In this document: positions 1 to 11,695 of the stretch, piece by piece | Position numbering within the stretch: the stretch's first letter is position 1 | How the letters are laid out: every line of letters begins with the position of its first letter | Assembly: GCF_006345805.1 (NCBI RefSeq) | Contig: NC_043003.1 | Location: forward strand, 14,384,001-14,448,000 | Length of the DNA: 64,000 nucleotides | Reading direction: 5' to 3' | From: Octopus sinensis | Lineage: Eukaryota | Made by a program: the position numbers and the translations under genes | Notes under the pieces: generated by a model | Seen by the model: only the letters and a program-made list of their open reading frames with translations | What the model was told of the DNA's origin: nothing | Databases searched by the model: none

Positions 1-58
1 GACTGAACCCTGAACCATGTGGTTGTGAAGCAAGCTTCTTACCACACAGCCACTCCTG
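1..58 (-). mobile_element. tRNA-derived SINE family A, 5' head fragment
   Basis: Reverse complement reads cacaggagtggctgtgtggtaagaagcttgcttcacaaccacatggttcagggttcagtc, the same head as the copies at 27165, 42945, 45645 and 61597. Confidence 0.75.
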
Positions 59-239
59 TGTATAAATATTTGTAATCTTTTGTACTATTATTTGACCATG
101 TTTGGACAACAAGCTATTCAGGTAATGGTCAATTTCTTGGAAAGATCACTAATTCTTCATAAACGTGCTGTTTGAAATTCAGCATGCATAATCTTTGCAA
201 CAGAGATACTCATTAAAGAACCTATTGCCTCTGGCGAAA

Positions 240-340
240 TGTAGACAAGCAATTCTCAGCAAGAAAGATTGTTATTGCTTCCAAGAAGTAAACACACAAC
301 ACAGAGCTGTCCATGAGTGAAACAAGCTTCTTTCAATGCA
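240..340 (-). pseudogene. Helitron/PIF1-like helicase C-terminal remnant
   Basis: Translation LKEACFTHGQLCVVCLLLGSNNNL resembles the Helitron helicase motif (L..P/ECFSHGQLYVACSRVG..NL). It is truncated by a (CA)n tract. Confidence 0.5.
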
Positions 341-347
341 CATGCAC

Positions 348-349
<2 letters not shown>

Positions 350-400
<51 letters not shown>

Positions 401-411
401 ACACACACACA

Positions 412-442
<31 letters not shown>

Positions 443-443
443 C
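350..443. repeat. (CA)n microsatellite
   Basis: About 95 bp of near-pure CA repeat. Confidence 0.95.
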
Positions 444-484
444 AATGTAACTGAGTGATTCCACTTGCTGAAAGTTATCCAATA

Positions 485-788
485 ACATGGGAGTTGTGGC
501 ATGCTCCGGTAATCCTGCCACTCGGAGGCTTCGTAGGGTGGCCAGTTTGAGATTGAGAGTCCTGGTAGCCAGTCTTCTATTGTGATTGGGTGTCCGTGCT
601 AAGCTCTGCATCGATATAGTGCTGGAAAGGGAGCTTATCAGGACCAAGTTGTCTAAGGAGGGTTGCTTCAGCCCAGGGCAGAAATGCAGCAAGCAAAAGA
701 CTCTGTGTCAAGCAGTCGTGGGATCGCACTTGTGAATAGTTGTCGATTGGCAGTCTGTTTGATACAACTGAACACCAATCTAATTTTT
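485..788 (+). ncRNA. 7SL: 7SL / SRP RNA full-length copy (gene or pseudogene)
   Basis: Colinear similarity to metazoan 7SL blocks: gattgggtgtccgtgctaag, accaagttgtctaaggaggg and cagtcgtgggatcgcacttgtgaatag. Helix 6 is ctggaaag-GGAG-cttatcag (622-641). Helix 8 is CAGG-gca-GAAA-tgc-AGCA (674-691). Length is about 300 nt, followed by T5 at 784-788. The Alu-domain UGU motif appears changed to GGU. Confidence 0.8.
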
Positions 789-853
789 AAATAAAAGGCA
801 GTGCTCCAGCATGGCTGCAGTCAGATGACTGAAACAAGTAAAAGAATAAAAGA

Positions 854-894
<41 letters not shown>

Positions 895-937
895 CATACA
901 TACATGCATACATACATACATATATATATATATATAT

Positions 938-969
<32 letters not shown>

Positions 970-999
970 ATTATATATATATATATATATATAACCAAA

Positions 1000-1558
1000 A
1001 TCAAAGTTGATCAAAATCAATGGAAATTGAAATTGCAGCTGTGATACCAGTGCCGGTGGCACGGCACGTAAGAGGTGGAAGAGAAAGAGAGTGAGCAGAA
1101 GAGAAAGTGAACAAGCATGAGAAAGAGAGCATGTGTTTAAAAAATACTTATTAGTAGGTCTATTGTCAACAGGATTTGAAAATGATTATTTTTTTATAAG
1201 CGAGGTCGTTGCCTTTGAGCGAGATCAGTGGCACATGAAAAAACATTTGAGCGAGGTCGTTGCCAGTTCCACTGGACTGGCTCCTGTGCAGGTGGCATGT
1301 AAAAAACACCATTTGAGCATGGCCGTTGCCAGTACTGCCTGACTGGCCCTCGTGCCGGTGGCATGCAAAAGCACCCACTACACTCTCGGAGTGGTTGGCA
1401 TTAGGAAGGGCATCCAGCTGTAGAAACTCTGCCAGATCAAGATTGAAGCCTGGTGCAGCCATCTGGTTTGCTAGTCCTCAGTCAAATCGTCCAACCCATG
1501 CTAGCATGGAAAGCAGACGTTAAACGATAATGATGATGATGATGATGGTGATGATGAC
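1000..1558 (+). mobile_element. 5'-truncated RTE LINE 3' UTR copy (family C) with (GAT)n tail
   Basis: Contains gttggcattaggaagggcatccagctgtagaaac ... ccaacccatgctagcatggaaagcagacgttaaacgat(gat)n. The same sequence is contiguous with an RTE ORF end at 33078-33860. Confidence 0.75.
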
Positions 1559-1769
1559 TGTATATTTTGAGGTTACTTCTAAAATCCACATTTTGTTTCT
1601 GGTGAAAGTTAGTCACATTTAAGATTAATCAGATAAATTCAATTTTTTTCTTCATTTTTCTAGTTGATGATGTTTCAGACTTTATCTTCTGAAGTGCAGC
1701 ATGTTTGCAAAAAAACATTTGGGATCCAGTATAAAAAAATTATAATGACATTTTAATAAACATTCATCA

Positions 1770-2400
1770 AAGAGGCAACAAATTAGTTGAATCGTTACCA
1801 CACTGGATGAAATGCTTAGTGGCATTTTGTCTGCTGTTACGTTCTGAGTTCAAATTCCACCGAGGTTGACTTTGTCTTTCATCCTTTCGAGGTCAATAAA
1901 TTAAGTACCAATTATGCACTGGGGTTGATATAATCGACTTAATCCATTTGTCTATCCTTGTTTGTCCCTTCTGTGTTTAGCCCCTTGTGGGTAGTAAAGA
2001 AATAGGTAAAGGCTGTGAGCTGGCAGAAACATTAGCAGGCCGGGCGAAATGCTTAGCAGTATTTCGTCTGCCGCTACGTTCTGAGTTCAAATTCCACTGA
2101 GGTCAACCTTGCCTTTCATCCTTTCAGGGTCGATTAAATAAGTACCAGTTATGCACTGGGGTCGATATAATCGACTTAATCTGTTTGTCTGTCCTTGTTT
2201 GCTCTCTCTGTGTTTAGCCCCTTGTGGGTAGTAAAGAAATAGATATTTCATCCACTTAATGTTACCAGTTCAAATCCCCCTGTGGTCAACTTTGCTCTTC
2301 AACCTTTTGGTGTCCATAAAATAAATGACAGTTGCGCACTGGAGTCAAAGTAGTTGACATAACCTCAACACCAAAATTTCAGGTCTCATGCTGTTATAGA
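1770..2400 (+). mobile_element. Tandem tRNA-derived SINE family B copies (two near-full, one degenerate)
   Basis: Head gagctggcagaaac ... gttctgagttcaaattcc, central gcctttcatcctttcggggtcgataaattaagtacca block (Deu/Nin-domain-like), tail tagccccttgtgggtagtaaagaaatag. Confidence 0.8.
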
Positions 2401-3040
2401 AAGAAAAATTATATATACACCAGAAAGCAATTTTGTATTTATTCAATTAAGTCTACACATTATTCTAAATTATTTTTCATTGAACTATGCTTATTGTTCA
2501 GTCTAGTAGATTTTTTTTTAGCTTGAAGATACTTTCCTGATGTATTTTTAGAAATACTTACATTTATCCTCTAGGTTTGACTAAAACATTATTTAATGAG
2601 TTCATTTCCACAATTTGAATTTTTTGAGTTTTCACTGTCTGCTAACATCATGATTTTACTATTGTGTGTGTAAAAACATGTCTGGAAAAATCTAAATCCT
2701 TTCTCAGTTTTTTTTTTGGCTGTGGAGTTTTTGGGCTGTATATTTTTTGAGTGCAGTACGTTTGCGAAAATGACGGGGTGGAAATATATTTTATTTCAAT
2801 ATATAAATTTTCTTTTCTACTCTAGGCACAAGACCTGAAATCTTTGAGGAGGGGGGGGGGGCAGTCAATTAGATCAACCCTAGTACACAACTGGTACTTA
2901 AATTATCGATGAGTGGGAAAGAAGAGAGAAAAGACAAGAGAGAGAGAGAGAGGGTGGGAAAGACGGAGAAGGAGAGAAAGAGAAAGAGACAAAGAGGGAG
3001 GTAGTTATAACTTTTTAATATATACATACATACATATATA

Positions 3041-3257
3041 CGAAGGGGTGCTGAAAAATTATTTCACCTTAAGGGTATCACAAAAAGCTTGGTTGGAGGC
3101 CCAACCTTCCGATTCCTTTTACAGGGCTTAGAAAAAGTGAAGGATTACTGTAATAAATATGTGAATCTGAGAGGGGAATATGTTAAATAAAATCAAAATT
3201 AACTGATCCTCCTGGATTTTCTTTTATCCAAAGCCAGGAACTTTTCAACACCTTTTG
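3041..3257 (+). mobile_element. Internally deleted mariner element
   Basis: TA|cgaaggggtgctgaaaaatt left TIR and aacttttcaacaccttttg right TIR. The interior encodes a mariner C-terminus QGLEKVKDYCNKYVNLRGEYVK*. Confidence 0.7.
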
Positions 3258-3265
3258 TGTGTGTA

Positions 3266-3300
<35 letters not shown>

Positions 3301-4299
3301 GTTGGAAACTCTATAAAATGATTAAAATTCCCCACAAAGGAATTATTTTGATTTGAAAACTCCACTAGAATGGGAGAAAGCGCTAATGATCTAAGTGATA
3401 TGATATATATGTAAAAAATGCAATATATAAATAAATATCTGTAAATATAAACCATCCGATCTTCTGATTACCTCATTTCTTCTAATATACATATATATAT
3501 ATAAAATTTAGATTTAAATGAATATGGTACTTAAGTTGAGGCACCAGAATTTAGTATGGTATTATCCATACAATTTCAAAATAATGTGATTAAAATCAAA
3601 GTAAGCAACACCTCTGCTTATCTTTGTTGCTTATTTTGATTTATATATACAAAGAAAAATGTCATTACTAAGAATGACAAAAATCAAGTGGGTTTGAATA
3701 TTATTGTCCATGGTATGACTACAGCAGCAGTCAAAGTGTGGTCAGCTGGTGCTGGTGCTGGTGTTACTGTTGTTGTTCATCATTATTTAGCTGCTGTCAG
3801 CTTAGGCCAGCAGCTGTCCACTCTATGTTTGCCATCTCCTTTTCATCTCCCTATGCTGTCCCTCAATCCTCTCTGTCTAAGTAGCTAAGGTGCGCTGAAT
3901 TTAGAGTGATGCTTAGGCTCAGAAAGAAAGGTGTGAAAAGAGGCAATTATTAATGGTATTAGTTCTAGGTGAAGTCTTGATTGGTCAGGTTTTTTTCATC
4001 ATGTGGGTAATATTGTAGTGAATCGCAACATCGAATATAGTGATCTGATTGTTAAATATTCCCACCACAACACAATGCTGTCATATAATTTATGTTGTCA
4101 TTGTTTTCATCAAAAATATCAATGAGGACAATGGTAAGAGGACCATTGGGTTTTTGATGCAGTAGGCAAATGCTGTTAGCCTGAGATTTTCTGATCGTAT
4201 GCACAAAGCATTTTGGACTTTTATAGCCACATTTGATATCAAGTAAGTGGGTTTCTTATGTCACTTTAAGGAATATGTATTCTAGCAAAATTTTGAACT

Positions 4300-4868
4300 G
4301 GCCTATGCCAGGTGTGTAACCAACCCACTTATGCGTACCTTTCCTTCATTGGACACTAAACTCTGCTTGCGAAGACCTGTTGAAGCAAGTGAAATAGAAA
4401 TCGAAATCAAATTCGATGATTGGCATCTGTGCTAGTGGAACGCTAAGAGCACCATCTGAGCATGATCGTTACCAGGGCAGCTGACTGGCTTCCATGCCGG
4501 TGGCACGTAAAAAAGCACCATTCGAGCATGATTGTTACCAGCGTCGCCTTACTGGCACTTGTGCCAGTGGCATATGAAAAAAACATTTGAGCAAGGTCGT
4601 TGCCATTGCTGCTGGACTGGCTCCTGTGCAGGTGGCATGTAAAAAACACCATTTGAGTGTGGCTGTTGCCAGTACCACCTGACTGGTGGCACGTAAAAGC
4701 ACCTACTACACTTTCGGAGTGGCTGGTGTTAGGAAGGGCACCCAGCTGTAGAAACTCTGCCAGTTCAGATTGGAGCCTGGTGCAGCCATCTGGTCCACCA
4801 GTCCTCAGTCAAATCATCCAACCCATGTTAGCATGGAAAGTGGATGCTAAACGATGATGATGATGATG
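4300..4868 (+). mobile_element. RTE LINE 3' UTR copy (family C)
   Basis: Same diagnostic blocks, gtggcacgtaaaaagcacc subrepeats and (GAT)n tail. Confidence 0.75.
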
Positions 4869-5391
4869 AAGGTGAGTACCCATTCACAGATTATAGAAGA
4901 GCCAGTGGTATTGCTAAAAAGGGAGTAAGGGGAATGACCACTCACTCCGAGCACATTTTTCAAAATTGGCGCCTTTTCAACAATTTTTTTAACACTTTAG
5001 TTACCTATATTGGTAGTTGTAAGTTTCATACATTATGACATAATTACTGAAGCATGAAATTAATGAATGCAGAATACAATTATGTATATTATAACTAATG
5101 AAGTATAGTTATAATTTTATTAGTGATAACTAATGAAATTTAGTATGTGTCACGGTGCCTTTTGTTTTTTTGTATGTGTTCACTCCCAGTAACTTTAGAA
5201 CCTGGTTATGCCTCTGAGAAGAGCAATGGATGCTCACCAAGAAGAAGTCAAAGAGAAGGTGATGGATGCTACTCAAGAAGGAACTGAGATGATAATGTGC
5301 ATCATCACAAGAAAATGTGGAAGAATATGTTGAGAAATCAAGAAGAGATTCACAAATTTATTTTCATGTATCAATGATTGTTATACGCATG

Positions 5392-5760
5392 GCAGGGTTG
5401 CCAATACAGAATTTTAAAAAGCACTAAAAGGCACTAAAAAAGCATTAAATAAAAGCGAAAAATAAAAATACATATAAATAGGTATAAATATCAAAAAGAT
5501 TTATAGTAAAAATTTCAATTCTAAATAAATTAGAATCAAATTAACATAATCACTATTATTTTTTACTCCATAATATTTTCGAAATAAAACCTGAAATTAT
5601 AGACCTTGCAAAGCATTTTAATGAATATTCAGAAACTGACATAAATTTATTTTCAATGGATAAATTAAATAAAAAAAAAAAGAATAACATGTCAGAAGCT
5701 GTAATCTTCGTAGGCACTGATTGATTCTTTTAATGCTCTGCAGAAACGGCATGTATACAG
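5392..5760 (-). mobile_element. Probable 3' end of a DNA transposon (hAT-like TIR)
   Basis: Terminal cagggttgcca motif at 5392. The minus strand has a degraded ...SAE.ER.FSAYED..SD-like segment; the alignment needs frameshifts. Confidence 0.3.
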
Positions 5761-6134
5761 CATTGTCTCAAAGCATAGATGCAGTGTGCCCCACAAGTCC
5801 ATGGGTGCAATTCTGATCTATGAATACTGTGGTTTGCTGACTAAAAATAGCGGCTTTAGAACCCAATGCATTGATTTACCCAGGAGCCTATAATGCTGCT
5901 ACGACAGCCCTGTGTGAATAGATTATGAATTTCAAAGAACTGATGTTCCGGAGAAGAAAGAGAAGGTGTATTGGTCAGTGCAGGGCTTGGGGCATTGGAT
6001 ACAATTTGGTTAAGGAAAGGAGAAGAGATAAGTAAGTCAAGAGTTCCTGAGGGTACACAAGACCAGCTAGTTACAAAGAGCAGAAGTAATAGTGGTTGTG
6101 ATAAAAACAGTTTTTGATGTATAAGGAAGATGTA

Positions 6135-6512
6135 TAGGCACATGGTTCCGGGTTCATTCCCACTGCGTGGCACCTTGGGCAAGTGTCTTCTGCTATAGCC
6201 TCGGGCTGACCAAAGCCTTGTGAGTGGATTTAGTAGACGGAAACTGGAAGAAGCCCGTCGTATATATGTGTATATATATTTATGTATGTGTGTGTATATG
6301 TTTGTGTGTCTGTGTTTGTCCCCCCAACACCGTTTGACAACCGATAGTGGTGTGTTTACGACCCTGTAACTTAGTGGTTCAGCAAAAAGAAACTGATAGA
6401 ATAAGTACTAGGCTTACAAAGAATAGTGCTGGGATCGATTTGCTCGACTAAAGGTGGTGCTCCAGCATGGCCACAGTCAAATGACTGAAACAAGTAAAAG
6501 AGTAAGGAATAA
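6135..6512 (+). mobile_element. SINE family A (tRNA head, internal TA/TG microsatellite, gtaaaagag tail)
   Basis: ggttccgggttcattcccactgcgtggcaccttgggcaagtg ... ggtgctccagcatggccacagtcaaatgactgaaacaagtaaaagag. About 20 copies or fragments occur in the window. Confidence 0.8.
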
Positions 6513-6999
6513 GAGAGTTAAATACAGAACCAACCCCTGAGGCATGCCAGAATTGAAAGATTGAGAGTGGTGTCCAGAAAAAAAAAATCATTGGAAAATA
6601 ATTAAAATTTTATCTAAATACTATAAACACTCAGAGCAATTAAACAAAACTATTTTAAATTTGTTATTAACATTTATATTATCAACAACAATACAAGTTA
6701 TACATGATTTATATAATGATGGCATTACACAAATGAGAAAAAAAAAACAGACTTTTTATTCAATTTCTCCAGCAAAGTAAGACAATGAAACAAAGAGTCT
6801 GTCATTTATTGACAATGCATAACACGTACAGACAAAAAACATTTTACATAGTATTGTGGCATTACGTGTACATTTAGAATTTCTAATGTTGGTGATTAAG
6901 AAGAACATTCCAGCTGATGCCATGAAGAAACTTTACCATAGTCTTGCAGTTCTTTCATCAAGTAATGCACAAGTTATGAAACACTTTTCTCTAGTGAAT

Positions 7000-7358
7000 T
7001 TTTTCCAGAAAATTTATTTTTCAATAATTTTTTCCAGTGACATGGAGCTATGGCAAAGAACAAATGAAGTTTCGATTAGGGAGCAAATATTTAAGAAAAA
7101 GTGGAAGTGGATTGGTAGCACAATTAGAAAAGACACACCAAATGTAGCGAAAAGTGCTTTACAGTGGAAACCAGATGGATATAGAAAGAAAGGTAGGCCT
7201 AAGAACTCTTGGCATAGATCAACACAAAAGGAACTAGAGAAAGGGGGACATTCATGGCAGAGTATAAGTACAGAAGTGAAAAATTATGTGAGATGGAATT
7301 CAATTATAAGTGGCCTATACTCCGCGTTGGAGAGTTAAAAGCAGGAAGAAGGAAGAAG
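7000..7358 (+). mobile_element. RTE-clade LINE, 3' fragment of RT ORF (second RTE family)
   Basis: ELWQRTNEVSIREQIFKKKWKWIGSTIRKD...ALQWKPDGYRKKGRPKNSWHRS...W matches the RTE C-terminal consensus (RW.GH..R ... W.P.GKR..GRP...W). It ends in a (GAA)n tail. Confidence 0.8.
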
Positions 7359-7544
7359 AAGACATTTTTTCTGATGACTTTCTCTGTTCTGGATTCGAAA
7401 GAACATGGGTTCAGAAGAGGAGAGGTCCATCAGCACAGGCCTTGATAGTATGAACTAACAGAGAGTTATAGATCCAAGGGTTTAGAGATAGATGGAGTCT
7501 GGAGGTGGACATTTTGGACTGGAGATTCACGTGTCAAGCACATT

Positions 7545-7733
7545 TGAAAGGTTTGTTGAGGGATGACAAGTGGGACCACACTACTTTCTCCAAGTTTCTC
7601 CTCGGGTGAGAGGTCTCTCTGGTGAGTGACAGAATAGTAAGACTTCAGTAGATTTGGTTTAACGAATGCCTCACTGGGGTGGTTATTAAGAATTTGATTT
7701 GAAGAAGGCATAAGGCACCAGAAATGTGATGAA
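7545..7733. repeat. Arm 1 of an approximately 190-bp inverted duplication (partner 9421-9845)
   Basis: Reverse complement aligns to 9421-9562 plus 9789-9835, with the first 63 bp identical. Confidence 0.85.
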
Positions 7734-8624
7734 CCATGTTTTATCAAAGAACAATAGTGGTAGAAGTAAAGTGGAATAAGTACAAGAGCCTAAAACTGGA
7801 TCGTGCACTTGAATTACCTGGTGTAGAGCTTACCTGAAAAAAAAAAAAAACTCCCCAAGTAAGTTCTTCTCCATATTACCTTCTGCTGTCTTTTAATTTC
7901 TTTCTCCAATTCTTTCTTCTATAAACTTGTTTCTCAAACAAATTTATTCCCCGTGCTTTCATTTATCTTTAAAGTTTATTCCTACTTCGTTTTTGGCTAC
8001 CATCTGCTATCCTTCTGATAGGACTAATTCACCAAGTTCTTATCAAACATTCTCATCACCTTGCTAGGAAACATGGCATTCCCAACCCAATTCCTTTTTC
8101 ACTAAGCTCAGTGGAAATTATACTTCAAACTGTTGATATTTTATCTCTACTATTTTATGTTTCGCATAACACGTTTACTTATCTTTTTAAAAACAAATGA
8201 ATGTAATATGTTCTTTAAAGGCCAAGAAAATAGTTTATATGTGCATGGCTTTAGCGGCTTAAATTTTCTTTCAGATTGTGATGACATTTGTCTGTATTTA
8301 ACAATAGCAGTTAATGACACTGAAATAAGGTGTGTGTGATACATAAGGTAAATGGAAAGAAAGTCACAGGAAAATAAACAATGTCACATTTTATTTTAAC
8401 ATCATAATATTTGAATAGTTCACATGTAGTTTGTCACTGTAAAAGTGTGCAAGTAAATTGTCATTAAAAAAATGACACTAAGTTGCAGAAGAAACCGGAA
8501 GTGATGATAGTGACATCCCAGAATTCCATGTAAATAATATATATGGCAAACAAATGTATAGAAAATACCACTGTCCTGTTCTTGTTAACACTTTCACTCT
8601 CCACAAAAAATCCTAAATTTTATT

Positions 8625-8955
8625 TAATTTACTTTGCGAGAAGGACTGTTTCAACGAAGTTGTGTATTGTCCTTGCCTTCGTAATGCGGAGTAGATGAAA
8701 CAGGGACAACTGATGAAGGGGAATATTCTTATGTTGCATGTCTGGTTTCTCTGTTTTTTCCGTTGTTCGAAAAATAGTTCGTTTTCTATATTTTTTTTTT
8801 ATGTTTTCGTTACTCATTGTGTTCAATGTATTTTTTTATGTCCTGTACCCATATATGCATGTATATATATATATACACATGTATGTAGGTATGTACATAT
8901 ATGTATGTGATTATGCATATATTTATATATTATTTATATTATTATATTCAAATGT
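8625..8955 (+). mobile_element. Dispersed repeat with CTGATGA core and TA-rich tail (related copy at about 59005-59170)
   Basis: tcattgtgttcaatgt...tgtcctgtacccatatatgcatgtatatata recurs at 59043-59170. A hammerhead half-motif lies at 8664-8721. Confidence 0.55.
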
Positions 8956-8959
8956 TGGT

Positions 8960-9410
8960 TGATATGCTGTGCTTGTGAAGATCTGTTAAACCAAGTGAAA
9001 TCATAGTCGTGGCTGATGCCAGTGCCGTCTGACTGGCACCTGTGCCAGTAGCATGTAAAAAGCACCATTCAAGTGTTGGGCTTCACAGAGGCAGTGACAG
9101 GTGACTGAGATCTTTGGCGTTATACTGTGCTTGTGTAGACCTGTCAAGCCACTGGGACCATAGTCGTGACCAATGCTGACGTCACGTCAATGGCACCTGT
9201 GCCAGTGGCACGTAAAAAGCACCCACTACATTCTTGGAGTGGTTGGCATTAGGAAGGGTATCCAGCTGTGAAGATCATGCCAAATTAGACTGGAACCTGG
9301 TGTAGCTCTCCAGCTTACAAGTTTTCAGTGAAACTTTCCTACTAATGCCAGCATGGAAAATTGACGGCAAATGATGATGATGATTTTGATGATGATGAGG
9401 ACGATGATAA
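8960..9410 (+). mobile_element. RTE LINE 3' UTR copy (family C, diverged)
   Basis: gttggcattaggaagggtatccagctg ... ccagcatggaaaa ... (gat)n. Confidence 0.7.
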
Positions 9411-9562
9411 CAGCATCTGTTATCACATTTCTGGTGCCTTATGCCTTCTTCAAATCAAATTCTTAATAACCACCCCAGTGAGGCTTTTGTTAAACCAAAT
9501 CTACTGAAGTCTTACTATTCTATGTCACTCACCAGAGAGATCTCTCACCCTAGGAGAAACTT

Positions 9563-9788
9563 ATTTCTTTATTGTCCACTAGGGGCTAAACATAGAGGGG
9601 ACAAACAAGGACAGACAAAGGGATTGAGTCGATTACATCGACCCCAGTGCATAACTGGTACTTAATTTATCGGCCCCGAAAGGATGAAAGGCAAAGTCGA
9701 CCTCAGCGGAATTTGAACCCAGAACGTAATGGCAGACAAAATAAAGCTAAGCATTTGGCCCTGTGTGCTAACATTTCTGCCAGCTTGC
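9563..9788 (-). mobile_element. SINE family B inserted with a 12-bp target-site duplication
   Basis: taggagaaactt flanks the SINE on both sides (about 9552-9563 and 9790-9801), splitting arm 2 of the inverted duplication. Confidence 0.8.
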
Positions 9789-11024
9789 TTAGGAGAAACT
9801 TGAAGAAAGTAGTGTGGTCCCACTCATCATCCCTCAACAGCTCTACACCATTTTTAGAGGGAAAACATAACAGTCATTGATGTACAAAATAAGATTCATG
9901 AATAAATCATTACTTGTTCCATATTGTCACTTAAGTTTCTTCTTGGTGAGCATCCATCACCCTTCTGCAGTCTGTGTGTGGCTGTTGTTCTTGTTCGGAT
10001 CAAGAAAATTGAGGGAATGGTTGACAACTTCATGAATGCAGAAGTTGCCAAAACCCACATTGGAAGGTCTTCTTTGGAATTGGTGTTGCAAAATCAAAAG
10101 TTTTTATATTTTTTTTTACCTGTTTCAGTGGTTGAATTGTGGCCATGCTGGGGCACAGCCTTAAGGGGTTTAGTCGAGTAAATCAATCCCTAGTACTTGT
10201 ATGCTTTAAAGTCTCCCACTTATTCTATTGGTCTTTGTTGAACCATTAAATTACAGGGATGTAAACAAACCTACACCAATTTTGAAACTGTGGCAGAAAA
10301 TGAATATAAAGACATACACACATGTGTGTGCACACACACACACACACACATGCACAAACACATACACAAACACAGTGGGGTACATACTATTTCCATCGAC
10401 CAAATTCACTGACAAAGCTTTAACTGGCTCAACCTGGGCTATCCTAAAGCAAGGACACACTGGACAGTTGCCTGGCGGGCCCAATTCTGATCTATATATG
10501 CTGTGGCTTGCAGTCAATAAGTGAATAATATAGGGTCCAGTGCACTGAATTGCTCAGGGGCCTGTAGAGCTACTACAATGGTCCTGGGTCCAGGTCTACT
10601 GTAAAAGAAGACACTTGCCCACCGAAGGTGCTGTGCTATGGGATTGAACTTGAAGCCATTTGGCTGCAAAGCAAGCTTCTTAACCAAACAGCCATGCCTT
10701 TGAAAAGTATTCTTTTCTATAACTTTAATCTCCATATTTTTACATGGAATTATGAAGAAAATAATGAAAAAAAAATTGAGAAAGTGGAAAAGGGCAGTAA
10801 ATTTAAATTTAAACTGTGCCATGTTTTTTGGGTAAAAATTGTATTCCTCATTTTGAAAATGATGGAAATCTCAAGAAATTTTGGGCAGACAAAAAAAAGG
10901 TCCTTTCGGGGGTTGATAAATTAAGTACCAATGAAACACTGGGGTCGATGTAATTGACTAGTCCCCTCCCCCAAAATTTCAGGCCTTGTGCCTTTAGTAG
11001 AAAGGATTACTATTATTATTATTA

Positions 11025-11059
<35 letters not shown>

Positions 11060-11068
11060 GTTATTATT

Positions 11069-11626
11069 GAGTGAGAGAGCAGTGCATGCCATCAAAGTAG
11101 CACTGGGGTAAAATATATACGAAGCCCAGTATACCCATCATGACTACCTGTCTGATAAAGGTACACTAGGCACATGCATCACAACCATATGTGCGCGACA
11201 TGGTGATCTCATATCAAGATAAACAGCACATGACCTTGCAGGTGGGGCCCAGTTAGAATTTTCTTCAGGTCGAGTAGCCCCTCCCGCTCAAAAGGTCCCT
11301 GATTAAGGGTTGTTTAAGGATGATGAACAAAACACCCATGTTTCCAAAGGTGAATTATCCAAACCTCTAAGAATTCCTTTCAGCACACAGCTTTGATGCT
11401 CCCTCACTACTTCTGCTCATGATCAGAGGTGCACATATCATCAGCCACTATGGGACATGCTCAACTGGTTAAGGTCAAGCAACTGACAAACAAATTTTGG
11501 TATTGAGCAGAATATTTGCTGTAGCCCATCTTTTATACCAAGACAAAACAATGTACATGATAACACTTCCAATCAGTTAAGATTAAAAGCCATAAGAGCC
11601 ACTGTCTGGTACTGCATCAGGGCATT
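11069..11626 (-). mobile_element. About 560-bp non-coding element embedded in (TAA)n repeats
   Basis: Non-microsatellite block flanked on both sides by (ATT)n. It sits in the ATT tail of a family B SINE and has no ORF. Confidence 0.55.
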
Positions 11627-11662
11627 GATCATTATTATTATCATCATTATTATTAATATCAC

Positions 11663-11693
<31 letters not shown>

Positions 11694-11695
<2 letters not shown>

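Noticed and set aside
1470-1495. CTGAGGA in family C copies (also at 26120, 45880)
   Set aside because: No downstream GAAA or helix III; it is part of the RTE 3' UTR.
7365-7420. CTGATGA...GAAA hammerhead candidate after the RTE tail
   Set aside because: Helix II does not pair and U16.1 is missing.
7880-8120. Possible third RTE C-terminal remnant on the minus strand
   Set aside because: Only scattered residues match the RTE motif and there are many stops.
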